DNA of 64,000 nucleotides from Octopus sinensis. Its lineage: Eukaryota. The notes beneath the pieces are model-generated. The model saw nothing but the letters and a program-made list of their open reading frames with translations. It was not told the origin of the DNA and ran no database searches. Where the stretch lies: the NCBI RefSeq assembly GCF_006345805.1, contig NC_043003.1, positions 25,048,001-25,112,000 on the forward strand. Direction: 5' to 3'. Both the position numbers and the translations under genes were made by a program. Positions 37,852 through 52,060 of the stretch are shown here, piece after piece; positions within the stretch are counted from its first letter, which is position 1, and the number at the start of each line of letters is the position of its first letter.

Positions 37852-38251
37852 GGACGTTGACATCCTTTCATCCGGTCAATCTCCGCTGTAGTTGGAAGAT
37901 AATCTCTTCGGTTGTGTGTCATCATGCCGCCTCAAGACTGAAGTGGTACGCCACTAGTCTGACCTGCTCGACGACTATATCACCGAGAGTGAATTACACA
38001 GACCTACGCCCATATATATACACATACATACTTGCATACATACACTCACACAGACATATACACATAAACGTATGCATATCCATATATATATATATATGCA
38101 CATAGATATACATACAACTGCGTCCCTATCACACACACCTACATATATATACATATATATATACATACATACATACACACTTGCATACATACGCTCACAC
38201 ATACATCTACACATGTATCCATATGTATGTATCTACACATACACACCCACA

Positions 38252-38349
<98 letters not shown>

Positions 38350-38685
38350 TCGGAACAACGTTTCTTTCCGAAATGCAGTTCGAAAAAGCCCGCCATTTAC
38401 ATGAATATATGATGAATAAACACTTCCATGTGCGACGGTTGTCTGTTCGGTTCCGCTAGGTATGTTTGGTTTTGTTTATTTTTGATGTGTTCTGAATATG
38501 TTTCACTGATGAACAAAAGACGTAAATAATACGTTAATTGCGAAATCACAAGTGATCTGGAACTAAATTCTTTTTCTAAATGTCTTGCTTCGAGAGCTGT
38601 ATTTGGGACGATTCGTTTATTTTTGGTAGTAATGACTTTGAAAGTCCCTCCTATCGTGTGGCATTTATGTGTAATAATGCCCTCT

Positions 38686-38768
<83 letters not shown>

Positions 38769-38769
<1 letters not shown>

Positions 38770-39170
38770 GCGCAGGAGTGGCTGTATGGTAAATAGCTTG
38801 CTTACCAACCATATGGTTCCGGGTTCATTCCCACTGCGTGGCACCTTGGGCAAGTGTCTTCTACTATAGCCTCGGGCCGACCAAAATCTTTTGTGTGGGT
38901 AGACGGAAACTGAAAGACGCCCGTCGTATATATATATGTATATATATGATATGTATGTATGTGTGCGTATATGTTTGTGTGTCTGTGTTTGCCTCCCCCC
39001 AACATCGCTTGACAACCGATGCTTGTGTGTTTACGTCCCCGTAACTTAGCGGTTCAGCAAAAATAACCGATAGAATAGTCTTACAAAGAATAAGTCCTGC
39101 GGTAGATTTACTCGACTAAAGGCGGTGCTCCAGCATGGCCGCTGTCAAATGACTGAAACAAAAGAGTAAA
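38769..39170 (+). mobile_element. SINE family B, full length
   Basis: Head, internal microsatellite and tail as in 7773-8239. Confidence 0.9.
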
Positions 39171-39175
39171 GGAGA

Positions 39176-39219
<44 letters not shown>

Positions 39220-39432
39220 CACACACCCATAGACACACACATACACCTTTATGTATAGATGTACCAGATGAGACCCAAACTAAAAAACTGATGCAACACA
39301 ACATGTTGAAAGGGGTCCCGCCTATAAGGGACAGTAGCAGGATGGGTCGAAACGACAGTTGTACAAAATAATAATGATTAATACCAAATCCATCTTCTTG
39401 TTACATAAGCAAATATTATTATTATAATTATA

Positions 39433-39468
<36 letters not shown>

Positions 39469-40017
39469 GAGTGAGCGAGCAGAGCATGCCATCAAAGTGA
39501 CACTGGGGTAAAATATACGAAGCCCAATATACCCATCATGACTACCCGTCTGATAAAGGTACACCAGGCACATGCATCACAACCATATGTGCGCGACATG
39601 GTGATTTCATATCAAGATAAACAGCACATGACCTTGCAGGTGGGGCCCAGTTAGAATTTTCTTCAGGTTGAGTAGCCCATCCTGCTCAAAAGGTCCCTGA
39701 ATAAGGGTTGCTTTAGGATGTTGAACGAAACACCTATGTTTCCAGAGGTGAACCATTCAAACTCCAAAGAATCCCTCTCAAACATGGCCATGATGCTCCC
39801 CCTACTTCTGCTCGTGATCAGAGATGCACATATTGTCAGCACTAAGGGACATGCTCAACTGGTTAAGGTCAAAAACTGACAAGCAAATCTGTGGTATTGA
39901 GCAGAATATTTGCTGTAACCCATCTTTTATACCAAGACAAAACAATGTACATGATAACACTTCCAATCACTTAAGATCAGAAGCCATGAGAGCCACTGCC
40001 TGGTACTGCATCAGGGC

Positions 40018-40018
<1 letters not shown>
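39469..40018 (-). mobile_element. Unclassified ~550-bp non-coding element embedded in (ATT)n
   Basis: Higher-GC, complex sequence with sharp borders to (ATT)n on both sides; no convincing ORF. Strand is inferred from the (TAA)n orientation. Confidence 0.55.
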
Positions 40019-40076
<58 letters not shown>

Positions 40077-40078
<2 letters not shown>

Positions 40079-41105
40079 TAGTTTTATTTTTATAGCGTGC
40101 TTTCACTTCACTACCGAGCGCAGCTCTGTGTGCCTTGGGTATGTTCTGCGTAGGATGTGTGCAGTGCCTAGTAGTGCAATTTTCTTTATGTTTTATGTGT
40201 TTGTAAGTCCTGGTGTTTTTTTTATATATTTGTCTGAATATTTTTTTATCATGCCTAATGCACCTACTATGATAGGAATTGTTTCTGTTTTAGATTCACA
40301 TTTTGGTTACCTCTATTTCCAGGTCTTTGTATTTTGAAAGTTTCTCCATTTCTTTAGAGACACGTTGTCATCTGCCGGTATTGATACATCAATTAGAAAG
40401 CATTTTTTTCTTCATGACCTCTGATAACTATATCTAGTCTGTTGGCCTTAATTTCTCTATCTGTGTGTATCGGCATATCCCAGAGTATGGTTGCTTTCTC
40501 GTTTTCTGTGACCTTTTCTGGTGTGTGCCTATACCATCTTTTTTCAGTTGTTATTCCATAATGTTGGCATAGCTTCCAGTATATGTAGGTTACAACTCTG
40601 TCATGTCTGTGAATATATTCCTTCTTAGCCAGGACTGGGCAGCTAGAGATAATATGATTTATTGTTTCTTGTCCATCTCCACATATTCTGCAGTTACTTG
40701 TTATATTTCTTTTCATTACATGTTGTTGGTAATTTCTGGTGGGGAGGCTTTGGTCTTGTGCTGCAATTAAAAATCCCTCTGTCTCTGCTTTGAGTCCTGA
40801 GCTTCTCAACCATTGCTGGGATTTTTCTTTGTTTATTTCTTTTGCGTTTAGTTTAGTCCAGTATTTACCATGAAGGGGCTTTTCTTGCCATCGTTTTATC
40901 ATGGTTCGTTGCTGTTCTATTTTTAGTTTGGATTTCATTTGTTTTATAGCTTTTGTTTCTTCTTCTTCTTCTTCTTCTTCTTCTTCTTCTTCTTCTCTTC
41001 TTCTTCTTCTTCTTCTTCTTCTTCATATTTATTAGGTGGCATGATTTCTTGTTTGTATTTGTCAGCTTCCTTAAATACTGAGAACACTTTTTTGTTTTGC
41101 TCGTG
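40077..41105 (-). mobile_element. Dong/R4-like LINE 3' fragment flanked by (ATT)n, with internal (TTC)n expansion
   Basis: ORF 40393-40938 contains LHGKY, LIAAQDQSLPTRNY, CRIC..ETINHIISSC, RHD and NRLDIV; downstream IALLGTAHILR. Confidence 0.9.
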
Positions 41106-41127
41106 TTTATTATTATTATTATTATTA

Positions 41128-41232
<105 letters not shown>

Positions 41233-41234
41233 TA

Positions 41235-41447
41235 TCCAAGAGTTAATGAATGGGAGTAGATAAAATCCGGGCTACATATGTTTCATAGCGAGCGGAACCT
41301 CGGATTTAAATCAAGGTACTCTTTTTTGTTCTAAAGTGGAAATTGCGGTATACACCTCGCTTGGGTATTTACCACTTCCGAGATTCCACTCACTATGAAA
41401 CATATGTAACCCGGATCTTATCTACTTCATTCCTTAAATCTCGAATG
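41235..41447. mobile_element. MITE-like element with ~65-bp imperfect terminal inverted repeats
   Basis: AGTAGATAAAATCCGGGCTACATATGTTTCATAG pairs with CTATGAAACATATGTAACCCGGATCTTATCTACT; a one-ended relative lies at ~15081-15170. Confidence 0.75.
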
Positions 41448-41653
41448 TTTATTCGCATACCTAGCCACCCTGGCAGCCAACCGTGAAATATAATTTTTGG
41501 GGTTTTTTTTCAGCTTATCTTGCTTCGCTACGGGAAAAAATTCACAACCTTCCGCCCTAGTAAACCAATATTATTACTGAAAGTTTTTTTTTTTCATATT
41601 TTCTACGGATTGCTTGAAGCTCACTTTCTTCCTACACCTCGATCCTTGGATCA

Positions 41654-41707
<54 letters not shown>

Positions 41708-42418
41708 GCTATAGATATATATAGGGCTACTAACTTTCTTTCTGACTACTGCCTTCAACAAGTCAACAATGGCTTCTGTCTTCGTAAGCCGTTTTCTCAA
41801 TGCGTTCAAATGAATTTTTCCACCGTCTAGACTTAAAAAGCCCTTATCGTTTGTTTCTCCTTGTCCTGTCTTTTACTGTTTTTATCTTTATTTGTATTGC
41901 TTTTACTGTCCTGTTCTTGTCACTTTTTTACCCCTCCGCAAAAAAATCCCCAATTTTATTTTTCCATGGAGTCGTGTCCTACCCTTACCTTCGAAACACG
42001 CAATAAGTCGAAACAGGGACATCTGAAGAAGGGAAATTTTCTTTGTGTTGTATGTCTTGTACTCTGTTTTTTCGTTGTTAAAAAAATCCGTTTCCATGTT
42101 TTGTTTTTATGTTTTCGTTTCTCCTTGTGTTCTACGTTTTTTGTGGTGTCATGTACCCATATATGCATGTATATATACATATAGATGTAGGTATGTACGT
42201 AGATGTATGTACGCATATGTTTTATTTATTAAATTGTTATATATATATATATCAATACTTCAATCAATACTTCATTTCATTTTACTATATATACTATTTA
42301 TACTATATATTCTATATTCTGCATTAATATTATAAAGAATATAAATAAAACATAAAAAACACACATAGTTGGAATTCCTTTGAATAATATATATACCTCT
42401 ATATACAATCATACAAAC

Positions 42419-42489
<71 letters not shown>

Positions 42490-42662
42490 CGATTTGTCCA
42501 ACTAAAGGCGGTGCTCAGCATGGCCGAAACAAATAAAAGAGTAAAAGAGTACATGTATGTGTGTGTGTATGTGTGTATGTGTGTATGTGTCTATGTATAT
42601 ATATATATATCCATGTATGTATGTCTATAGATAGATAGATATGTACGTATGTATACATACAT

Positions 42663-42732
<70 letters not shown>

Positions 42733-43132
42733 TGTGTGCACGATATATTTATATAGTATTCAGGTATTTAAAAGTGTTTAAGTGTGTGTGGTACGTGTGT
42801 GTGGTACGTGTGTGTTTGTTCTTGCGTACGTGTGTGTGTGTGCATGCGTGCGTGCGTGTGTGTATGTGTATGTATGTAACACCAAATACAAAATGTCCCT
42901 TTCAATTCCACATCAGTACAGGTCCCCTGAAAGACTCAAAACCCGCATCCGTACTGCTCATGCTTAAAAGAACAATTAAACGATGACCTTATTCGAAATT
43001 GAGATGCAGTTAATTCCTATGTATATACTAACGGTTAGTCATAGAAAATCCATGAGAGATAATTGTTCAGTTTTATAGTTTAATTACTAATTACAAAGTA
43101 TATTTAAAGTGAATAACTGAATAAAATAAACA

Positions 43133-43520
43133 GGCGCAGGCATGGTTGTGTGGAAAGAAGCTTGCTTACCAATCACATGGTTCCGGGTTCAGTCCCATTG
43201 CGTGACACCTTGGGCAAGTGTCTTCTACTATAGCCTCGGGTAGGCCAAAGCTTTGTGAGTGGATTTGGTAGACGGAAATTGAAAGAAGCCCGTCGTATAT
43301 ATAAATGTATATATGGTTGTGTGTCTGTGTTTGTCCCCCACCATCGCCTGACAACCGATGCTGGTGTATTCCCGTAACTTAGCAGTTCGGCAAAAAGACA
43401 CCGATAGAATAAGTACCAGGCGTACAAATAATAAGTCCTGGGGTCGATTTCTTCGACTAAAAGGTGGTACTCCGGCATGGCCGCAGTCAGATAACTGAAA
43501 CAAATAAACGAATAAAAGAA
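43133..43520 (+). mobile_element. SINE family B
   Basis: Head GGCGCAGGCATGGTTGTGTGG through tail GCATGGCCGCAGTCAGATAACTGAAAC. Confidence 0.88.
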
Positions 43521-44255
43521 TATCGCTTTACCATTTAATAATGGTTTCAGATTCTGGTACAAGGCCAGCAATTTCGCAGGCGCGGGTGAGTCTATTACTG
43601 CTCAACTGATACTTATATCATCAACTCCCGGAAAGATGAGAGGCTAAGTCGACCTCGGCGGAATTTGAACTCATAACGTAAGAACAGACGAAATGCTTTT
43701 GTTAAATAAATTTTCATCAAACTATTTCTCTGCCATTTATGACTTTATACACACCTTATTGTTTTCTCTCGCATCGTACTATATATATTCTATATGCTTT
43801 ATAAGATGACACATTAAGGAGTTATTTTTAGGAGTACTACCGGATTTCTTGAATCCACATAGTGTAACTTAAATTTATGTTATACAAGCTGAGGTACCCG
43901 GTAAAAAATTATCGTTAATAAGATGCCTGTTTATAGCCATGAAATATTCTTCGTCAACTTTCGATATTTTTCAAAAATTTTAAATCTATATTAATGCGTA
44001 GGGCCAAATTGACGAAACAATGAGCAGAGTCTGGTAGCGAACCCGTGTCGTCGTCGTCGTTTTGGGGGCAGATTTCGGCTAATTGATGTCACGATGGCTA
44101 GTGAGCAAAATGCCTTAAATTTTGCTTGAGAAATAAAATGATCTTACCTAATCAAAACCTGAAACGCTTGGGAATTAAAACAACGAATTGAAATAATAAG
44201 TTTTAGCAAGTGAAAACAATTCGCATTGAAATGAAGAATTAGCAAATGCTAAATA

Positions 44256-45537
44256 TTGGCTTGGCAACTAAGTTCCCAACGTTTTTTTTAAATTTTGGCA
44301 TTTGTTGTGTTTTAAAATTTTGGAATCTATTTTTTTCGAGAATTCTATCTTTGAATCATTTTGGAATCTTTTTTTTTTCTAGTTAATTTTTACTTAATTT
44401 TTGTTTATTTTCAGATCATTAAAATGGAATGTCAAGTTAAGAAAATAGAGCATTTTCGACACCTTTTTGCTTTTAATCAAGGCTCTAAGGTCTCAAAAGC
44501 TGCTCAAAACATTTGTGCTGTATATGGATAGGGGACCATAGCTGAAAGAACTGCTCGTGATTGGTATGTTAAGTTCAAAAATGGAAATGTTGACCTCAAA
44601 GATGCACCACGTTCTGGCTGTCCAGTTGAGTTCGATGAAGAGCGATTAAACCAAATTTTGCACGAAAATTCTCGTTAAACGTCAAGGGAACTGGCAGAGA
44701 AAATGGAATGCTCCCACACTGCTATAGAAAAGCATTTTCACTCGATGGGAAAAGCTCAGAAATATGGAGCATGGGTTCCGCATACTTTAAGTGACAACAA
44801 AAATCAACGAGCCACAATCTCCGCTAGTTTGCTTGCTCGTCACCGCTCAATTCATGGACACAAGCAACGATTTCTTTACCGAATCGTTACTGGCGACGAA
44901 AAATGGTGTCTCTTCATCAATATGAAGCAGCGTAAGGAATGGCTTAGCACCGGTAAACAAGCGACACCGCGCGTGAAACAAGATCTTCATCTGTGTAAAA
45001 TGGTGTTGTGCATATGGTGGGAATGGGAAGGGATTATCCATTACGAATTGCTTGAACGGAACCAAACGGTCAACGCGGAACTCTATGTTCAACAGATGGA
45101 GCGACTCAACACGGCTATTCAAGAGAAAAAGACCTAATCGGCAGCATGGAGTTTTTCTGCTGCATGACAACGCCCGCCTCATATTGCCAATATGACCAAG
45201 GAAGCCATTCAAACGCATAGCTGGGAAGTGCTGCCACATCCGCCGTACTCTCCTGATTTAGCACGAACAGATTTCCACCTCTATCGATCTCTTTCAAATG
45301 CTTTGCGCGGAGTTTCGTTCAATACTGATGCAGAATTGAGAGCATGGTTGGATCAATTTTTCGAGTCGAAATCGGGTAATTTCTACCAACAAGGTATTGA
45401 AAATCTTGTTCAACGTTGGGAAGAAGTTGTAAACAACAATGGTGAATACATCATTGATTAATTAGTTGTTATTTTTTATTAAACTTTTTTTTTAATTTTA
45501 ATTTTAAAAAACGGCGGGAACTTTGTTGCCAACCTGA
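44256..45537 (+). mobile_element. Full-length mariner (DD34D-type) transposon, decayed
   Basis: TA|TTGGCTTGGCAACTAAGTTCCC ... GGGAACTTTGTTGCCAACCTGA|TA imperfect TIRs; ~1.28 kb. Confidence 0.92.
44424..45461 (+). pseudogene. Mariner transposase pseudogene
   Basis: MECQVKK start; WVPHTL, TGDEKW, HDNAR, HPPYSPDLARTD and GEYIID*; interrupted by stops and frameshifts. Confidence 0.92.
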
Positions 45538-45819
45538 TAGATTACCGCTCATAAGCTGTCTGTTTATACCCATGAAACACTTTTCGTCAAATTGATGTCA
45601 CAATGGCTATTGCGAAAAATGCCGAAATTTTACGATTTTTGAAAAATTGACGCCGATTAAAAATCGATTTTTTAAAATTTCCAAGTACCTGAATGACCGG
45701 ATAGGCATAAGCACTACACACGTGTCAAGTTTTATCTAGGTCTGTTGGATAGTCTTGGAGGAGGTAAAGTAACAAATTCAGAAACGCACAAACTTGCCAT
45801 TTATTATTATAGATATCTG

Positions 45820-45965
45820 TGTGATAAGTAGCTTGCTTCCCAGCCACATGGTCCCGGGTTCAGTCCCACCGCGTGGCAGCTTGGGCAAGTGTCTTCTACT
45901 ATAGCTTCGGGTAGGCCAAAGTTTTGAGAGTAGATTTGGTAGAGGGAAACTGAACGAAGTCCGTC

Positions 45966-46001
<36 letters not shown>

Positions 46002-46526
46002 ATCATGAATTCCCAATCTTTTTTTCGCTGCGGACCACCAAAATAAGTAGTTTTTTCCTGTGGACCACCTCAAATTTTAAATTTATTATAAAATAAATGC
46101 TACTCATAAATATTAGTATCATTTTCACTTTTCACACACACACGCATAGAATAACAACAATCAAGTAACGATAGCGTTGTGCACAACGAACATCAGCGCC
46201 GGCTCGTTCGTATTAACCCGAGTTGCTGGATAATTTTTCGTTCCTTTAAGAATATTGTAGAGCGGAAACTTTTTATAGATTAGAATTTAAACCTTAATCT
46301 CTATAGAAATTTAGTGTTTCAAGAAATCATTGAATTTTAATTACTTTTAATTTTTACAATTATAGATAATAACACGGGCTGTCACTTCTGAGCCCGAGTC
46401 AGGCGCGTGTGAACGATGTCGAGAGAATGTCTGCTAGAAACGGTATTTTTTGACACAGGGCATCTCCAAGATGACTGCTAGATATACTCGGGTTCAGCCA
46501 GAACAACCCGAGTGCCGGAGTCGCCA

Positions 46527-46600
<74 letters not shown>

Positions 46601-46815
46601 TGTGTGTCTGTGTTTGTGCCCCCACCATCGATTGACAATTGATGTTGGTGTCTTTATATCTCCGTTAACTAGCGGTTCGGCAAAAAGAGATTGATAGAAT
46701 AAGTAGTAGGCTTACAAAGAATAAGTCCTGGGTTCGATTTGTTCGACTAAACGTGGTGCTCCAGCATGGCTACAGTCAAATGACTGAAACAAATAAAAGA
46801 ATAAAAGAATATAAA
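45820..46815 (+). mobile_element. SINE family B split by a ~520-bp insertion in its internal microsatellite
   Basis: 5' half 45820-45970, 3' half 46597-46815; the insert ends ...GTCGCCACTG (hAT-like CAGTGGCG terminus on the minus strand). Confidence 0.7.
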
Positions 46816-47291
46816 AACACTATTTTGATGCCTTATTTTTTTTACTTTGTTTTTTCTTTTCTTTTCAATATATTCACATACACACTCACAGACGCACAAT
46901 CACGGACATACGGAAACACGCATATACGCACGTATACGCACACACTCGTACGCACACATACACACGGCAATACACACAAATAAATGCATATATACACACA
47001 CCGACAAAGAAAGACGTGCATACACACCAGATATATATATATATATAATAGACACACATACACACAAGCACACACACACACACACGTACACACACATACA
47101 CTCACTAGAATATATACACTCACACATAGGACACTCACACGCACACAAGATCACAGAGACAGGCATATACACACACAAACACACACACACACACGTAATC
47201 ATTTACATAAACACCTTTCCCTAAGTCTGTCATCGTCTTGTCTCGGTAGAAAGAGAGAGAAGACAGGGATAGAGAGAGAGAGAGTGAGAGG

Positions 47292-47323
<32 letters not shown>

Positions 47324-47392
47324 GATAGAGCTAAATTTTCGACACACACAAACATACAAAGTCGTACACGCAGAGAAACAGAATGTGTGTGA

Positions 47393-47427
<35 letters not shown>

Positions 47428-47968
47428 GAAGGAAGGAAGGAAGGAAAAAAGAAAGAAAGAAAGAAAGAAAAAGAAAGCCACGCAAAATTTGAAACTGAAA
47501 ATCAATCAATTGTATATATTATGGTAACCAAGGCAACGACCATTCAAACACATTTATCATGAAACCAGCAGTGTTTCTTTGGTGGACAAACTTCTTCCTT
47601 ACTTTCTTTCTTTCTTTCTTTCATTCTTTCATTCTTTCTTTCTTTCTTTTTTTCTTTGCTTATTTATTTCGCGAATCTTCCAGGAATTTTTGTCTTAGCT
47701 CTGTCAAGATTAAAAGGATGCAAAAGAAAATTAATGAACGTCACTAAAAAAAAGAAAAAGAATTGTAAATTCTTGAAAATTAGGCGCATGCATGGGTGTG
47801 TGGTTAATAAGTTCGCTTTGCAACAACGTGGCTTCGAGTTCAATCCCACAGCGCGGTACTTTAAGCAAGTGTCTTTGACAATAAGCTCCGGGCCAACCAA
47901 TGTCTTGTGAGTGAACTTCTTTGACGGAAACTGTCGTATGTATGTTTGTATGTGCGTGTGTATGTGAA

Positions 47969-48099
47969 GGCGCATGGCTCAGTGGTTAGACCGTCGAGCT
48001 TACGATCGTGAGGCTGTGAGTTCGATTCCCGGACTGGGCTGCGTGTTGTGTTCTTGAGCAAGACACTTTATTTCACGTTGCTTCAGTTCACTCAGCTGA
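47969..48099 (+). mobile_element. SINE family D head (tRNA-Arg-like)
   Basis: GGCGCATGGCTCAGTGGTTAG...CTTACGATC...GAGTTCGATTCCC then GTGTTCTTGAGCAAGACAC. Confidence 0.8.
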
Positions 48100-48220
48100 C
48101 TCTGTGTCTGACTTTCTTTCTTTTCTTCTGTGAGAGATTGATCGTGGTCAGTCAGATTTGGTAAACCATCTACCAATTCTATGGTGCCCCCTCTCTAGGG
48201 ATGGTTAATCCAGCGCTGGA

Positions 48221-48331
<111 letters not shown>

Positions 48332-48769
48332 CATATACGTCACTGGTGCCAAGCGGTACCGGCCTTTCCCGATGTGTCTTTGTGTCTGTGTTTCTCTTTC
48401 TACCCACTGCTTGATATCCGATGTTGGAATGCTTATCTCCTCGTAATTTAGTGGTTCAGCAGAAGAAATCAACTGATTCAGTACCTGACTTGAAAAACAA
48501 CGTACTGGGAGGTGATCTGTTCGACTAAAAATTCTTCAAGGCGGTGACCCAACATGGCCGCAGTCGAATGACTGAAACAAGTAAAAGAATAATAGTTAAT
48601 GATTTCTAACAAAGGCACATGGCTAGAAATATTGCTGGGATGAGAATCAGGTGTTAGTCCCCCATTACTTGACTGGCACTTAGTTTTATTCGCCAAAACT
48701 CCGGAATTCCAAAAAGCAAAGATTTGAATATTAAGAACTGGAAATTTTTTTTATGAAAAGCAAGTCGGA

Positions 48770-49186
48770 CAAAATTGCTTAGCGGTATATCTTTACCTTT
48801 CATCATTTCGAGGGTCGATAAAAAAAGTACCAGTTGAATACTGGGGTCGATGTAATCGACTTGCCTCCTCCCTCACTCCCAAACTGCTGGCCTTGTGCCA
48901 AAATTTGAAATCACCGCCATCATCATCATCATCGTCATCATCATTCTTTTTTCCTTTTTTTTTATTATATATTAAGGCGGCGCGCTGGCAGAATCGTTAG
49001 CGCGCCGCGCAAAATGCTTAATGGTATTTGACCCGTCTTTATGTTCTGTGTTAAAATTCCGCCACGGTCAACTTTGCCTTTCATCCTTTCAGGGTCGATA
49101 AAATAAGTACCAGTTAAGTACTGGGCTCGATGTGAGTGACTGTCCCCTTCCTCACAAAATCGATGCCTTGTCCCTATAGTAGAAAG

Positions 49187-49190
<4 letters not shown>
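48770..49190 (+). mobile_element. Two SINE family A copies (alternative tail) followed by (ATT)n/(ATC)n
   Basis: Cores CCTTTCATC...GGGTCGATAAAA.AAGTACCAGTT; tails GCCTTGTGCCAAAATTTGAAA and GCCTTGTCCCTATAGTAGAAAGG. Confidence 0.8.
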
Positions 49191-49244
<54 letters not shown>

Positions 49245-49285
49245 CATCATTATTATTATTATTATTATTATCATCATCATCATCA

Positions 49286-49325
<40 letters not shown>

Positions 49326-50776
49326 CATTATTCGACAAAATCGACATTCATAGATTGATTATAATTTTTCAGTATATTCTCAGAGAATCGAGTTAGCACG
49401 AAGCCGAGACGAAGTCTGAATGGTACCTGATTTATACAAGTTAAGAATGGTGAAGCTGAAATAGAATGAAGACGAATAATTGAAGTCGAAGAACACTGAA
49501 TGAATGGACGGAATGACAAAATCATTAATGAATACAGATGCAAACAGACACACGCACACAAACAGAGATAAATAGTGATACATGTCGATGCTAGAGGTGT
49601 GGGAGGACGCTTGGCTCGAAAACACTTGTCTTGAACTTTATGTAAATGCAGACAGGAAGCTTCTCTGGCAGCTTAGCAAAATGAATTTGGTTATCTTCCA
49701 TGGTAAAAAGGTGACAAGGATCATTTTCCCCACCATCACCATCACCACCACCACCACCCGAATGCTTTGATTGTAGAAACTAAATTCCAGTTTAGATAAA
49801 AGTATATTGAATTGTTCTTTACTGACCAAGCATAAAGCAAAAGAGTCTTGTTTCTGCCTCGATTCTAAAGGAATGAGTGTGCAAATAAAGTGTTGGTTTA
49901 AAGAGATTTAAGGTCATAGGAATAAAGCCTTAAACGTAACGTACGTCAATGTGTGTGTTGTATGTACGCATGTACGTATATGCATATGTGAGTGTGTATG
50001 TGTGTGCGTGTGTGCGCGTGTGTGTACATTAGGGATACAACTGTTTAATTTTTTCCTCGAAATCAGATTCCTGTATCGTAATTAGATGAGCTTTTATGCA
50101 TAAGTAAGTAAAGTGAACTCACTTTTGAGCTATCTTTAAAAAAGTTCACCCATTGAATCCATGTTTGTATTCTCATGCAAAACTTGTGTCAATATGGGCA
50201 TGGTTGCATTTCTGACGGCTCAAATAAATTCTTGGCATTTATAAGACTGCAGTTGTGGTTAGATTGTATTGCTGAGTCAACATGCTTAGTCATGAAGCAA
50301 ATAATTAAGTTCCTCTTTCACTTTCGCTCTTGTTGTTTCGGTTTCAGTGTGAGTTCTGCATGACTCCTAGTGGTATGTCATTTAAGAAAAGCTTCGAAAT
50401 TGTTCAGAAGAACAAGGAGAAATGAGGAGAAATTTGGTGCAGTTCCAGTCCCATTCATCAAGAAGTCATGTGCCTGTAAAAGAAGCCTCACTGGCCAGCA
50501 GAAGCCGAATGCCACTCAAGGAGCAGATTGTTGGTCGGTACCAGTTTATTGGGAAATTAATTAAAAGCAGAAAGGAGAGAGTGGCGGAATTATCAAGAGA
50601 GGTGACATTATTTTCCCTCTTACTTTTTTGTCTCATTTTCAAAAATAAAAATTTATTTTACGGTTTGTTATTGCTTATATTTTGAATTACATAATCTTTT
50701 ATGGGGGCACCAAAATCTTTTATGTGCTTAGGGCTTCGACTGGTCTTAATCTGGTCCTGTATATAGGCATATACAT

Positions 50777-50816
<40 letters not shown>

Positions 50817-51224
50817 GTTTGCTTGTGTAAATACGTAAACACATACACACGCACACACACACTCACACATGCAATTTGTTTGATTTTTGTGTTGGGTCTG
50901 CGGTATTGGTTCCTGTGTTTTACCTAGTGTACTGTTGCCAATGTAATTATTATTGAATTACCTACGTTAACGTTAATACCTAGTGTAGGTAACATTATAA
51001 CAAAATGGAGATGACGCTCACAAAGCAGTTTCTTAATTCGGATTACCAATGAAAGCTTGTGTGCATCTGTCTGTCTCTGTCTGTCTGTCTATCTCTCTCT
51101 CTTACTCAGAATTATGTGTGTGTGCCTGATATAGGTAGGTAGATAAGTAGATAGGTAGATAGAAAGATAGATTGATAGAGAGAGAGACAGAGAGAAAGAG
51201 AGTATCTGTAACAATATTTAGGCG

Positions 51225-51688
51225 GGGTGAGTGTGTGTGATGTGTGAGTGAATGTGTGTATGTTAAAGTAGGTGTGTGTGTGTGTGCGTGTGAGTACCTG
51301 TAGGTGTTCTGTATGTGTTTGTATATACGAAAGCGTGTGTGTGCGTATGTGTGTGCATGATTCTATGTGTGTGTATGCCGTGGGTCTTTCTGTATGCAAG
51401 CACTCATAAGTGTGTGAGTGAGTGTGTGAGTGCTGTGTGTGTGTATGTTTGAGTGTGTGTATGTGTGTTTGAGTGAGTATGTGTGTGTGTGTGTGTGTGC
51501 ATGTAAGGAGGTGCATGCAAATGTTTGTGTGAATGTGTAGGCGTTCGTGTGTGTGTGTGTGTGAGTGTATGTGCGTGTGTGCATGTGCGTGCGTGTGCGT
51601 GTGCGTACATGTCGTCTGAGAGTGTATCTGCACGTATGAAATCGTGCATACGTGTATGTGTACGTGTGAATTATGTGCGTCTGCGTGA

Positions 51689-51734
<46 letters not shown>

Positions 51735-52060
51735 TGAAGTAGGTATGCCTAAATATTTGCGAGAGTGTGTAGGTGTGTGTGTGTGTGTATGTGTTTATGA
51801 AAACAGATGTGAAGGTGCTTATGCGCATGTGCATTTGCATGTCGTGCGAGAATGTGCGTGCGTGTATGAACCTGTACTTATGTGTATTGTAACCGTGTAC
51901 ATAGCAGTGAGTGTGTGCGTGTGTGGCAGTGTGATTGCGTGTATGACTATATATTTATGTATGTGAGAGAATGTGTGATCATGTGTGCGTTTGTGATTGT
52001 GAGTGTTAGCATGTATTTATGTATGTATGCGGGAGAGAAAACGTATATGTGTGTGGTGCG
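51225..52060. repeat. Degenerate (GT)-rich satellite
   Basis: Directly visible; source of the 242-aa His/Thr ORF. Confidence 0.9.

Larger units (their letters stand above)
43885..45813 (-). mobile_element. Possible Helitron-like host element interrupted by the mariner
   Basis: Minus 5' end TCTATAATAATAAATGGCAAG; putative 3' end CCGGGTACCTCAG-CTTG; motif AATTGATGTCAC.ATGGCTA occurs on both sides of the mariner. Confidence 0.4.

Noticed and set aside
44703-45461. Host SETMAR-like gene
   Set aside because: No SET domain, TIRs and TA duplication are present, and the frame is broken: an ordinary dead mariner.
47969-48035. tRNA genes (also at 32286 and 58106-58189)
   Set aside because: A and B boxes are present, but there is no proper acceptor stem and SINE bodies follow; these are SINE heads.
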